A DNA stretch of 64,000 nucleotides, from assembly GCA_013239625.1 (NCBI GenBank), contig MU054187.1:14232974-14296973 (forward strand). The letters are read 5' to 3'. This stretch comes from Lama guanicoe (lineage: Eukaryota). Position numbers and translations under genes: made by a program. Positions within the stretch are counted from its first letter, which is position 1. Every line of letters begins with the position of its first letter. Below are positions 24,726 to 37,590 of this stretch, one piece after another. The notes beneath the pieces are model-generated. The model did no database searches and was not told where the DNA came from. It was given only the letters and a program-made list of their open reading frames with translations.

Positions 24726-27700
24726 TTAGCCTTGTAAATAAGCAGCCTGTTCCCTTTGTGATTTGATAAAGATAAATTACTCTAGTAGCAACCCAGGCGG
24801 AAGCAGCAAACACCAAGGAGAGTTGTTGAAGCATTTGGAGGGGTACCGTGAGGATGTCCAGGTAAATGTACTCTGTTCAGCGGAGTCTTGACCGTACTTT
24901 TTCCAAATTGTATATATTGCTGTTATTTGTAGATTCTGAAAACCCTCAGGCTTACATCAGAAAACTGCACTATATATGTGCCGGTGATGTTAACCCTTTT
25001 CACACTGTAATGTGATTTTTGGTCCTCTTTAGAAATGAAAGTTTTCTGGGACATTCAAATGAGAGAGAAACACTTCAAAATGACCGTTTTAGAAAGATGC
25101 CTTTCCTTGAATTGACCACAGTCATGCAAATGCACAAAAATTGAGTATGAGGCCTTTTCCTATGGTGAGGTATTAACTTTGGTTTTCCCTTGGTCTCTGT
25201 TAACCTTGAATTGCTTGCAAATACGGAAAATGTATTCTGAGTGTCTTACCTACACCTTTAAAATGTCATCCGTCTCGAAATTTCAAAAGTCAGACTTTGC
25301 CGGATCCCACATTTCTTCACATGCTCCTTTGTTTAACTTTAGGTTAATTTGTCCTGACAGTGCAGCTGCAGGCTCCGCATTGCAGTCTGTCATTAAGAGC
25401 AGCAAGAATGATCTGGAGGGTTGGAACTGTTGGGAGTTAATTTGGCGTAAACCTAACATTCAAAGATTTCTCAAGATATGACATGTCATGTCTCTGTCCA
25501 GTCACACTTCTGTTTAAGAAGTTCTTGTTTATATTATAAATATGACCTTTACAGTTATCTTTCAAAGTGCCCAGTGCTTTGAAGAGGAACCCTGAGGAGC
25601 TATGGAGATATTAAACTCACAAAGCATGTTTCATAGGAATGTCAGTGTCCATTTGAGTGTCTTTTTTTTTTTTTCTCCTTCTTTTTAGCCACATAGCAAC
25701 CCTGTCAGCTGGTGGCAGATTGTGGTATTAGAGTCTTGTGATAGAATTAATCCCAGGTAATCAAAGGTCCATCATCACACTTTTTAGCCAGAGTCCATTA
25801 TTTAAAGTGTTTTCTCCTCTGCAGATAAAATAATCCCTTGGTTCCTTCCCGCTCTAAATTCTCTCACCGGACACACGAATTGGCGTGTGTTGGTTACTGA
25901 CTTTGAGACCCACCCCAGAGCAAGTCAGCCTACTTTTCCTAATGATGAACGAGGTGCCCTCCTCTGTTTCCTAGACATTTGACTGTGAGGACATAGTGAT
26001 GGAGTGCAGTCCTCTGATGGAGGCTAAGCGTCTAGCTAACCTTGCCAGCCACCAGTGGGACCAGCTAAGTCTAGTGACCTATCAGACGTACGTCCTCTAG
26101 AGATCCCTCTACTGGGTGGCAATTCCTGATCTAGATACTTTGTCCTTACAGTGATGAGGTAGCGTAACGGCCCTGGTGCTCAGCGGGGTCTCCGAGTTGC
26201 CCTTCTCAGAACCCCCATTGGCAGCACCTGCGCCCATTTACACTTAAGCCGTTTGGGGGTTCGCCACAGATCTGCTCTATGTGTTCTTGTAACGACTCTG
26301 AGACAAAGTTAAAGATCACGAACCTGAGCTTGAACTGACTGGTGTCATGGCAACTGGCACTTCACCTTTGGCTGGTCCCGGTCCCATACGCGCTGCAATA
26401 TTTGTGCACATTAATAATTCATCACAAAGTGCCAGGTTTCTTTGTGCTGTCAAACTGTGTCAAGGACGGAATAGGCTGTGCTATCTCAGATGTCACCTAC
26501 CAGACTGCAGAGGGCAAGAGGAATTAGAAAAGCAACCTCGTCGGGTTACTTGGGAACGTTCCCGAGAACGCCATGCCTTCTTGCCACACGTCTGTAGCAT
26601 TTTTCTCGGAAAGTAAGGAATAGACTTGGTGTTGATCAAAGTTTATTTGGTAACGTGCCCCTGACTCAAGGCAGGAGTTTGGTTGTGGAAAGGACGCATG
26701 AGCGGTAATCGCTCGCCTCCACTCAGGCGGCAAAGGAAATGATTAACAGCCGTAGTGCTCGGTCACGTGCATCGGGCTCCGGCGTGAGCCCTGCAGACTC
26801 GGGTTTAAAAAGAAACCTGAGCCGCCCCGGTGTGAATGCTCTTCCCCCGGCTTGCCTTCGCCCAGCACCCAGTAGGAGCTGTGTGGCCAACACCAGCTTT
26901 GGAAGACAATCAGTCCGAGTTGCGTGGCCACCCGGGCCCTGAGATGGCTTGCTTACCTCCCCTCCCAGTTTCCTCAGCACCTTGTTTGTTGTTCCCGACA
27001 CTGTTCGTAGTTGTAGTAATTGTAGTATTGTAAGTGGCGAGCCTTTCTAAATAAAGAATGTAGGCCTTTTTCTTGGAAGGTAGAAAATGCAGACACGCTG
27101 GATTTCATTTACTCAAAAGGCCAAATTCATCCCTGATTAGAGAGAGAAATCACATTTTATAAGAAACTTTGACCTGCCACTGCCTTTTTTTTTTTTTAAA
27201 TCAACCCCTCCCTCCCTCTGAAAAGAAGCTTCATATTAAAACAAACAAACCTGTGTCACACTTTACTGGCTACCTAAAGTGAAGCATGTTTCCCTGGAAA
27301 ACATGTTTACAGTCTACCACTGGAAAAGACTTTAGTCACATAGCCATATTTGGATTCTTTTTTTTCTCTTTTTCTATTTTCCTTTTTCCTTTAAATGCAA
27401 AACCAGTAGCTTCCATGTCCTTCCAAGGTGCTCTGCGGGAGGAAGCAGCACTAAGTCACCTTGTTTAGAATCTGCAGCCATAGCACCCTGCTCTTGAGAG
27501 GGAGAAACTCCAACAGCTTCATATTCGAGGTGCTGACTTAACACAGGTGCTAGTGAGACTAAATCCTGCTGAAGGACAGGAATGGGACCTGCTCCCAGTT
27601 TACCCATCATTGTTTGGCCAGATCATAATACAGTGCCTGCACGTAGTAGATGTTCAAGAAATACTTGTTGAATGAATAAGTTAAGTCTGCTGGAGCAGAA

Positions 27701-29988
27701 GTGGACTTTAATCAGTTTCAGAACCTTGCAGCAAATTGAACTTAAAAACATTTAGAAACTTGCTAACCTTCTATCACCTACCTTTATATGTGCTGGGGAT
27801 CTGGATGAGCCGTTTAACACCTGCAGGCATCAACGTGGAACGTGAATATGGAGAAGTGATTAGAGCCAGCGACTTGGGGTCTGTGTTTCTGGTCGGTGCT
27901 CGCCACCAGGTCGTGCTCGAGCGGACACTGGCCCTGAAAGAGCACGGGCAGAGATTCGGGTTTGTCAGGTCACCCAGTGGCACATCCTTGCTGACATTAT
28001 ATGTGTGTGTGTAAGTACTTAGGATTTAATATTGAATCCTTCTACTTACTTAACTTACAAATAGGACCTTCATCCTAAATCCATCCCGCTCTTCCAAGAC
28101 TCGGCAAACTTTTAATACTTAGAAGATCTCTGGATAACATCAAGACTAAATTTTGTACTTTTTAGCCAATCTAGGAACAGATAATTATAATCAGGTACTT
28201 AAAAGAAGATTTACAGGTATGATTACTTAAGGATGTGTTGTCTGGTTTAGATTAGAATAGATAAGCTTCTTTGTGATGTTACTTTATTGTAATTCTGCGA
28301 TATAATGTCCATATATAAGCTATAAAGCCTAAAGTTTCCAGGTCCTATGGACTGAAAACAAAAATCAGAATACTACAAAACATAACTGTATGTTACAGTG
28401 AATGATACTGATTATATGTCTTAAGGAAATATGGACAAAGTCAAGGTGAATGGGATAATATTAGATAAAGGCTTAACACCCTACCTACCTTCCATAGAGA
28501 ATTATTGAGAGACTCTGATGACCTAATTAACGTAAAGCACTTTTAAAAGTGTGAGAGACTATGTAAATATGTGATTAATATTACGCTTTGGATTATGTGG
28601 GAGGGCATTGCAGGTAGACTGTCAGAGAAGAGTTCATAGGTAAAACCTTACAGGTGAGAGCAATAGTGACTGGGTAACAGCAGAGAGGAGGCCCAGGCAA
28701 ACAGGTGTGAGTGGGGACCCGGGGGTTTATGTGATGAGCAGGAGTCAGACTGGGGAAGACCTTGGAGAATTTCACAGAGACTCATCTGGCAACTGTATGC
28801 ATCATGGATGGGAACATGGGAGAACCTCAGAATTAAGGGAATGGCTGTTTATGATCTTGTATATGCAAATGTTATCAAAACAAATTAAATATGTATGCAA
28901 AAATTCAGTGATCTCCTGGTCAGGAAATCCTCTGAGAAGGGAATGCAAGTCTTCTTTAAGGCCAATGTGTAGTGTTTGGGTCTTTTTAACTTCATAAATC
29001 ATGGGAAGCAGTGTTGGTAGTGGGGTATAACTCAACAGTAGACAGATTGCTCTTTGCTGCTTTCTTTTAAGAAGCAGGTTATAAAACTGTTGGGAGCCTG
29101 GTGGAGTAGTTAATAGATCACCTTAAGCAATTTGAAGTAATTTTTTAAAAAAATACAGCCTTGCATCTTGAAGGCAAGACAGCCAGAGGGAAAGGAGAAG
29201 TTTAGTGCGTAAGAAATCAATACAGCCTCTGGGTCCACTGCCCTGGAACTTCTGTCACGTGCTCTGCCCCCTTGAGTGGCCAGGCACCTGCCTCTGGGGG
29301 AGGTCACTCCCCAGTAGACCCCACAGTGGAGTGTGGTCATTCGGATGGCTATTAATTGTTGTCAAGGCAAAGTAGGCCTTACGACACATTTTTCATTCAA
29401 ATGATTCTGTACTTGTACCCTCTTTTTCTTAACACCTATAGTACTTTATATCCTCATAGTATACTTTGGTAGTAAAGCTCTGGATGCTGAAAGATGCTGC
29501 TGGAATATCTCTTCATTCATGAGTCTGTGCTGTGTAGAGACAGCCATAAGGTAAACATTATACGAGGCACCTCTTGGTGGGTAGGCGGGAGGTCCCTCCC
29601 AGACAGGAGATGGCTGCGCTGAAGTGTCATGAGCGTGAAGAGATCTCTGACCTGGGAGTAGTTTAGATTAGCAGATAACTATCACTTGAAAGGTGATAAA
29701 GAGCCTCCTGCTAATGGCTCTCTTTTCATCTCTGGACATTGTCCCCCAAAGCTCTTGTGTTTCAGTCTTGTTGGTCACGGCTTCTAACAGGCCTTCCATG
29801 CCAATGACACGGTGCTAAGTTAGCCAGACGCTCAGAGGATCTTCTCTTCCTGATAAATGTAAAATGTTTAAAAACAAATGGGGAAATGCATCGTTACGTG
29901 GGTAAAGCTTTGCTTTGTGACCTGGGATTGGGTTTTAGATGAAACTCATAATGTCGGTTCTAAAGCTTGAATCGTCCTTTCCTTTCAG

Positions 29989-30087
29989 ACCACGAAGGCG
30001 TTCCTCCCTACCATGCTGGAGATTAACCACGGTCACATCGTGACAGTTGCAAGTTCCCTGGGATTGTTCAGTACGGCTGGAGTTGAG
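29989..30087 (+). CDS. RDH10: RDH10 coding exon 3 ([33 protein letters not shown])
   Basis: Acceptor cctttcag|ACC, donor GAG|gtcagt, 99 nt, contains the catalytic Ser region. Confidence 0.96.
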
Positions 30088-31221
30088 GTCAGTCCAATAT
30101 AAAGCATCTCCTTCATTCAATCGATTTAGCTTGTGACAGATACAGCAAAGTCCTAGGAAGAGTACCCGCTGCCCGCACGTTCGTGAGAGCCTGTGAACGC
30201 ACACTGCCTGTGAGGGACGGTGCCCCAGGGCCAGTTGCCGAAGCGCCACTGACGCCCCGCTTTCCTGAGCAGTTTTCCTTGATGGCGGTGGGAAGGCACG
30301 GGGTCAAGATGAGACTGGAGGGCAGCGGCTGTGCCACAGGGACCAGATAAATGAGGCCAAAGGTTGACATTCTGTTTTGGTCAACTTGCCAAAAAGCAAG
30401 CTATCCTGTATCACCTCATCAGACGAGATGGCTAGGGGCGGGTATGAGGTGTCTGCATTGTAAGTTTGTGGAACTGGGCTTAATCAGACCCTTTTCCTCA
30501 CCATATTCAAGTGACACAGCATGTATATGTATATTGTTTTGTGCTGTTTGTCCCATGGGTGCCTGGAGGGTAAAACTGAAAATACCACCCCCTGCAAATA
30601 TGCAAAAGGATGCAGAAGATACGGCTTCCACCTTCTCCGTTCCCACCTCGAAACTGAAAGTTGGATAATGGAGAAGAACGTTCATTCTAGGCTGTGAGTC
30701 CTTAGGTTAAGCTCTAGTTTAAGTTCACAGGGTGTACTTACCATTTCCATTTTCACTTGACCCTGGAAAGAAAATCGGATCATAACAGCTTATAACCCAA
30801 GCTAGACTCGCCTTTGTTCTCCTAGCATTAATTTAAACAAACTGGTTTTTCAGTCTCCTTTTCTGAACAAGAGACCATTTGTAAATTTTCCAGACACTTC
30901 AAAGTGAACCTCTCTCCATTTTTAACTCCAGCTTGTTAGCTTTCATAGAATCCTTTGTGGTGACTTCCCCAGAGTAATATGATACTTCGTTGATGTGGCA
31001 AAAAGTGTTCATCTGTTTCTGCTGTTGCCTTGAAAATATTATTTCTGCACCAAACCACATCAGATATGTGTCTTTTAAAATGCTCTCCTTTTTTCTTTGC
31101 TTAGTCACCTGTAACCTTTTGTATCAAGCATGTAACCAGAGTAACAGGGCCAGGAAAGCTTCAGTTTGGTTAGGAATGTGTGCGCTTACTGAGTATTTCT
31201 GCTCTCTCCCCATCACCTCAG

Positions 31222-31367
31222 GATTACTGTGCCAGTAAATTTGGAGTCGTGGGTTTTCATGAATCTCTGAGCCACGAGTTAAAGGCTGCTGAAAAAGATG
31301 GAATTAAAACAACGCTGGTGTGCCCTTACCTTGTAGACACTGGCATGTTCAGAGGCTGCCGAATTAG
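31222..31367 (+). CDS. RDH10: RDH10 coding exon 4 (DYCASKFG...GCRIR)
   Basis: Catalytic YxxxK (YCASK), acceptor ctcag|GAT, donor AG|gtgagt, 146 nt. Confidence 0.97.
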
Positions 31368-31810
31368 GTGAGTAAGTACCTGCCTTAATACTGACGAGAA
31401 GCTGTTTTAAAAATCACCTTTCCATCTCAGGAGACAATGGAATCAATTGGATCTCCAGCCACAATCAGCCTTGCACATTAACAGCCATCATTGGACAGTT
31501 AACCTGTAGTTTTCATTGGTCAAATTTTGTAAAATCGGGGTGTGCACGACTGACGAGCGAGGGGCTGGAGTGAGCTTGCAGAAGTCGGCCTGGAGGCCTC
31601 AGTGGGCAGTGGCTGCTCTGCACCTTCCAGGAGAAAACCAGGACCCAGGACTTTCCTGAGAAGCTACTTCTTCAGGAGAGATTTTCTTTCTTTTATTAGT
31701 TGTGGTCCATAAATGCAACTCTGGTTTGGTTACCAATGTCACTGCCACAGAGGAGGATGGCCTTTCTTCTAAAAAGACCCTTGAATGTGACACTCCAGAT
31801 CTGGGGACTT

Positions 31811-31960
31811 GGAGGGAGGGTAGAGCTCAGTGGTCGAGCACATGCTTAGCACGCACGAGGTCCTGGGTTCAATCCCCAGCACCTCCATTAAATAAATAAA
31901 CAATCAAACCTAGTTACCTCCTCCTCCAAAAAAGCAAACAAACCAACCAAAAAAAAAAAA
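31811..31960 (+). mobile_element. tRNA-derived SINE (Vic-1-like) in RDH10 intron 4
   Basis: gggagggtagagctcagtgg..gggttcaatcccc, A-rich tail; degraded TSD cagatctggggactt / cagatttgggaactt. Confidence 0.85.
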
Positions 31961-32393
31961 ATTAGAGGAACAGATTTGGGAACTTCCTTTTGGCAGAAAG
32001 TGTTTATAGCTAGATTCACTCTTGACAGAGTGAGAAGAAACGTTTAGATTTACTAAAAATGAAATAAAATGCCCACACACTTTGAAAGGAGGCATGTGGG
32101 AATAGAAATGTCAAGTCACATCTGACTTGAGCTAAGCAGAATAAACAAAACCATGACTCATTAAGAGGATACTTGTAAGGACATGCTTACTAACTCGAGA
32201 TCTCTGCTTGGCTGAATTTGAAAGGCCAAGCAAGATAACCAAACCAGTTCCCTGTGGGTCAGGGCCAATCCTAACACATCCTGAACCTGACCACGCCGCG
32301 AAGCAGGTGGAGATTTGAGTCATTTCGATCTCAGGCTGACTAAGTCTGGACCCGGGGGGACTCACCCCTGCCTCTTTTCCCATATGTGCGCAT

Positions 32394-32417
32394 GTGTGTG
32401 TGTGTGTGTGTGCGCGT
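32394..32417. repeat. (TG)n microsatellite
   Basis: Direct dinucleotide run. Confidence 0.85.
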
Positions 32418-33096
32418 GTTGGTTTGGTTTCTTCCTCTTATGAACTTAGGAACCAGGTGCTGAGGGTCTGCGGCGCTCTGTTTCCTAGTCATTGTCACGA
32501 CAGGTGTCCAGAGCTGTGAGGGGACAATGAAAAGGGAAAAGAATAAATTATGTTAAGTTATCTCAGTGTGTAATGGATCGAATTCACCTGAAGGTAGGCT
32601 ATCTCCGTGCCCTTCATTTCAGAGACCCCCAGAGGAAACGCCGTCTAGGACAGCACCCCGAGGACTTTGATTCCACTCGGAAAGGTTTTGTCAGTGTTTA
32701 CACGCCACCATTTGAACTACGCTTAACACTGAAAGTTTGGCATCTTGTTTGGGTGTAGTGTTTGTTATGCCAGACAACCTCTCCTTTTTCAACTGAGAGG
32801 AAAAAATAATAATAATTTGAAATACGTTTTAAGGCATTTTGAAAACACGACTTTCTCACTTTACAGAAAAGCAGACCAATTCTGCTTTTGTTAATTTGTT
32901 TTCCAGACTATGCAAATAAAATGTGTTCATAGTAGGAAAGTTTAGAAAATACAGAAATAACACAACGAAGTAAAATGGACCCCAAATCCTGTCCCTCAGA
33001 TAACGTCACCCACCCTTCGTATTTTGATGCATATTTCCCAGTCTTCCCTATTCTGTGTTCACTCTTAATTTCATCTTCTGAATGTGTAACTCCCAG

Positions 33097-33228
33097 GAAA
33101 GAAATTGAGCCCTTTCTGCCCCCTCTGAAGCCTGATTACTGCGTGAAGCAGGCCATGAAGGCCATCCTCACCGACCAGCCCATGATCTGCACCCCCCGCC
33201 TCATGTACATCGTGACTTTCATGAAGAG
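33097..33228 (+). CDS. RDH10: RDH10 coding exon 5 ([24 protein letters not shown]...FMKS)
   Basis: Acceptor cccag|G, donor AG|gtaact, 132 nt. Confidence 0.96.
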
Positions 33229-33332
33229 GTAACTGAGGGGCTCCCCACTCCGCTGGGCCTCCCACACCTGCCCCATAACATAACTGCCACACAGTGTCCC
33301 CCGTTTGCTAACTGTGACTTTTCCTCTTTCAG

Positions 33333-33456
33333 CATCCTCCCTTTTGAAGCAGTTGTGTGCATGTATCGGTTCCTAGGAGCGGACAAGTGTATGTACCCCT
33401 TTATCGCTCAGAGAAAACAAGCCACAAACAATAACGAAGCAAAAAACGGAATCTAA
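33333..33456 (+). CDS. RDH10: RDH10 coding exon 6 ([18 protein letters not shown]...AKNGI*)
   Basis: Acceptor ctttcag|C, stop TAA 33454-33456. Total CDS is 1026 nt = 341 aa + stop. Confidence 0.96.
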
Positions 33457-34680
33457 GGATTTTTTTTGTATATGGAATATCATTTCTACCAGAAGGTGAT
33501 CAAGATATCTCGGTTCGATCCACATCAGCATGACCGATAATCTCTGGATTCTAAATCCGCATTGACTTTTTTTTTTAATCAACTTTTTAAAAAAAAAATA
33601 AAAGTGTAAATTAACTGACTAGAGTATTTGGAAAATGTGATCAGCAAAAGTGAGCTTAATTGCCAACAGGGTCCTTTTCAGGCAGAACCCTGAAACCAGT
33701 CCAATCTTTTAGACCAGCGCTGTGTGACATCTCCGGGCTAGCGTTATTATTATTATTTTTATTTTTTGAATGAGCAGGAAGTCTCGAGACGATAACCACA
33801 GTGTGTTTCACGTGTGTGGTTTTTCTTAATTCCCATAGAGTTTATTAATTCTTGTAATTAATCTCTAGCCAGCTGACACCCTTGTGACTTCAAGGACTGA
33901 CAGTGCTATATTTTCTCATGTTTTCTAAGTTTCAGTTTTGCAAAACCTGTGTGGCCCTTTCATGGTGTTTGTATGTACAACTCTTTTAAAAAGGCATTTT
34001 GAAATCTCCATCAGTTTGAAGTAAACAATGTCTGGTTATTACAGTAAAAGTGACCAGGTCTCTCTGTTAAAGTCGTAACGACTCAAGTTGGTCAAATTTT
34101 AAAATTTATCTCTGAAATCTTTCCTTAAGTATCTGTTCCTCTGGAGACCTATTTAATCCAAAAAAGATCGTACGTTTTCTACCTATGAATTGTGCTGCAG
34201 TACAGAAAGTGCCCTTTCCTCAGGAAGTTGCTGTGTTTCATTTCTTTGGATGGACTTTGATCTGGAATACATAGCAGCTCTGCAAAGAAACAGTTTCTAA
34301 AAATGGGAACTTCTGCATTTAAAAATGTCCCCATTTTTGTGCCAACTATGATTAGCGAGGGGGAGAAAATCTTATACTATGGAGTACGTATGGAAGGGTG
34401 TAAAGATTCTTTTGAAAGTTTTATTTACATTGTAGAACAGCAAATGACATTTTTACAGTATTTTTTTGTAAAGCAAACTATTTTGTGCCTTGAATTTGGT
34501 AAATGTGTATTAGTGAAACGTTGTAAAAGTGAACTTCTACCTCTGTATCTAAATGTATACCATCCACTTGTAAATTACTATAAACTATTATGTGATTGCT
34601 TTTTTTTTTTTTAGAATGTCTTGTTTAAATAGCGACCAATGTTTAAGGCTAATAAAATAAGCCATCTTTTACTAATTAAT
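33457..34680 (+). other. RDH10: RDH10 3' UTR with AATAAA at 33597-33602 and 34651-34656
   Basis: AT-rich, apparently repeat-free sequence after the stop, with two AATAAA hexamers. The 3' end is approximate. Confidence 0.75.
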
Positions 34681-35191
34681 TGGGAAATTTTATAAAGGAC
34701 TGATTAAATTTAAAGACTGAACTTACAAACAAATGACTGTGTGATTATTAGTTATCAGCAGTGTTGTAGGGACAGTCTTTGTGTTCTTTTTTTCTCTGTA
34801 CCATATCACACCTTTAAAGAAAAACGTTTGAATGGGATAGAGAATAGACATTAGCAGCTGAGGGTGTCATACATTCACACTTCCAGTGTCACCATCTACT
34901 TAGATTAGATACTTTGTCAGGGGCTTGTTGATTCTAAAAGTGAGAAAACAGAAAGAATCCCATTACCTGTGTGTTGTCTGGCTGCACCCCAGATTCAATC
35001 CGCATTGTATCCACCTGCAGGAAAGTCCTGGCTCACTGCTCGTGGCCCCAGCAGTGGCTGGTCTTAAGGAATTTGTTCAAATTTCTTTCTATGTTCAAAT
35101 TTCTCCTTATAAATGATAACTAAGCCTGAGGCCATTATAACACTTGGAGCACTGGCTGCTTCTTATTTTCCATTTTGGATTTTAAGAAGTG

Positions 35192-35424
35192 CAGTTGACC
35201 CTTGGACAACACAGGGTCAGGAGCACCAACCCTATATCGAGTCAAAAATCCACGTATAACTTAGAGTCAGCTCTCAGTATCCATGGTTTCTCCTTACCCG
35301 CAATTCACCATCTGCTGATGGAACCGACCGCAGACTGTGTCGCACTGTAGTACTGACCACTGGAAAATACACACGTGTGAGTGGCCCGGCGCAGTTCGAC
35401 CCTGTGTCGTTCAAGGGTCAACTA
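35192..35424. mobile_element. TcMar-Tigger MITE (MER8-like), near full length
   Basis: Terminal inverted repeats cagttgacccttggacaacacaggg and ccctgtgtcgttcaagggtcaacta; 233 bp. Confidence 0.85.
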
Positions 35425-37366
35425 TGCTTTGACGTAGCCTCATAACAATGTGGGGTGGAGACTTATTTTCAGAGGTTGTCCAGGTCTGCCTGCCAGCCAG
35501 TCCCTGGCACACTGCAGCCATCCTACAGAGCTCTGCTCTGCTTTTAACAACCCATTTATCAATCTTAAGACTAAGGAAAGTCTTCTTTACATTTAGTTTT
35601 ACTCTCATGTGTTGTAATTTCAACCTATTTCTACTCTTGTTTGTTACTGCCCTTATAAGGTTGCCCATCTCTAAATTCAATAAACAAAATTCCTGTAACT
35701 GTTTTGTAGAAGTCTTCAATTCCCACGTCCCAGCCTTAGTTTAATTACCTCTGTCTGTGGCTCTCCCTGGAACATTGTCCAAATTCTGTTTCCCATCTTT
35801 AGCTGTGGAGTTTGGAAGGGGGCACAGTTAACACAAGCGCAGGACCGCAGGGTTCCCACATGTGGTGTTGCTTCGACCTGGTGTCCTGTTCTTGGTACAG
35901 CGCTGCACTGATGACACTGTTGTCCCCGAACGCGGGCTCTCCTCTAGGCAAGCCTGCACACGTGCATTGGTCACTTAAGCCATGGCCAACGTCACTTTTC
36001 TTGCTGATTATTCATCTACACTCCCAACCCCACCTTGAGATTGATTCCGACTTTGAACAGGTTCCCTTTTTCTGTCATCTGGCCCTTTCAGGAGATGTTC
36101 AGGGCCACTGGACTCAAGGCTGACCCCCTAGGGAGGCCACTTCTGTCCCCCTCGGCTAGAACTGGTGCTCTCTCTAACCTCTCAAGCAGTTTAATGGTAA
36201 TCTTACTGAGCTGGACCCAGGAATCAAAAGTTTCAAAGCCAGCAAAGATAAATGCCAACTATTGTTTCCCCTCCTTGATCTACCAGGTCTGCGGCTCTGT
36301 CACAAAAGATTAGATTAGCTTGACAGGATTGAACTATGTAAATCCAGGCTGGTAGGGGGTTTTTTTTGTTTTTGTTTTTTTTAAGTATCCTGTGTCCTTG
36401 AAAGGCTATCACTTTCAAATTTTTCCCAAGTTGAAAAAAAAGTCAAATGTCTTTTTCAAAGTTTTCTTTGCCAACTGGCAGGAAAAATTCAAAATTGGTG
36501 TTGATCTGAATCTTGGAAATTTGCTTTTGCCTCCAACAAAATGTATAATCAGTGGGGGTTGGGGGAGAAGGGTAGTTCTTTCCACACCAAATTTATTGCC
36601 TGTGTCTGATTAAAAAGGGGAGTAGAGAAAGCAAGGCTTTCTCAGGCCAGAAGTGGCTGGGACACAGGGCCAGGGAGTGTATTGTCAGCATTTGCCCATA
36701 CTCAGCTTAACAAGTACACCAGACATCTACAAGGCCCACGGACTCAAGTAGCTTGCAATTAACTCACAAGTTCAAATACAAGTCTCTTGATGTGCATGTG
36801 CCACAGATGAAGCCTCAGAGTGTGATGAGGTCTCAACGAGACCGAGAGGCAGAAGCCTTGAAGGCTGGCGATGCAACAGCTGGAGCTGAGAATAAGAGCT
36901 GGGCATTACAAGGGACAGATAGTCTGGAGAGGCCCAGAGGCTGAAAAAGGAAGGTTATATTCACTGTGCCTGGAATGCAACGGGCAAAGAGAATGCCACG
37001 CGTTCCTGATGAAGGTCCCATCTTGAAAACAGGCCTTCATTCCAGGAAGATGAATGACAGCTTCATTTGATAGAGAAGAGGGAAGCCCTGGGAAGTTTAG
37101 CAGGAAAGCTAGTTAATTGCATCATCAATCCAACCCATGTAAGAAACTTGGAGACCCCGGGAGCCAGGAGGGCAGACAGGAGGGACACTATGGCAGGGGT
37201 GCAGCTGAGCGGTGACGGGCCTGAGAGCCAGTCCAGTGATGAGGATGGAAAAGACAGTGGCTCCTGGAGTTTAGGAGGGAGAAGAACTCTGCCAGGCTGA
37301 ACAGCCGATTGCCTAGATCTAACTTTGGCTTGAGTGACTGAAGCCTCATTTGTCATGAGCCAAGTC

Positions 37367-37590
37367 TTTTTTGTTTTTTGTTTTGTTTTGTTTTGTTTGA
37401 AGTATAGATGATTTACAATGTTGTGTTAGTTTCAGGTGTACAGAAAAGCAATAATTATACATATATATTATATATATTCAGTTAAACATACGTATGTTCC
37501 TTTTCATATTCTTTTCCATTACGGTTTATTACGAGATACTGAATATAGGACCTAGAGATTGCCATACTAAGTGAAGTAAGCCAGCCAGAG
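37367..37590 (-). mobile_element. Short 5'-truncated L1 3' end with an inverted 5' segment
   Basis: T-rich tail and antisense L1 3'UTR (37367-37547) joined to sense L1 sequence ggacctagagattgccatactaagtgaagtaagccag. Confidence 0.7.

Noticed and set aside
29010..29050. Possible SINE head fragment (ggggtataactcaacagtagac)
   Set aside because: Too short and degenerate, with no B box or tail.
31811..31890. tRNA genes at the SINE heads (also 19160, 43510, 48500, 55630)
   Set aside because: A/B boxes are present, but the copies carry SINE tails and TSDs and differ by random decay.
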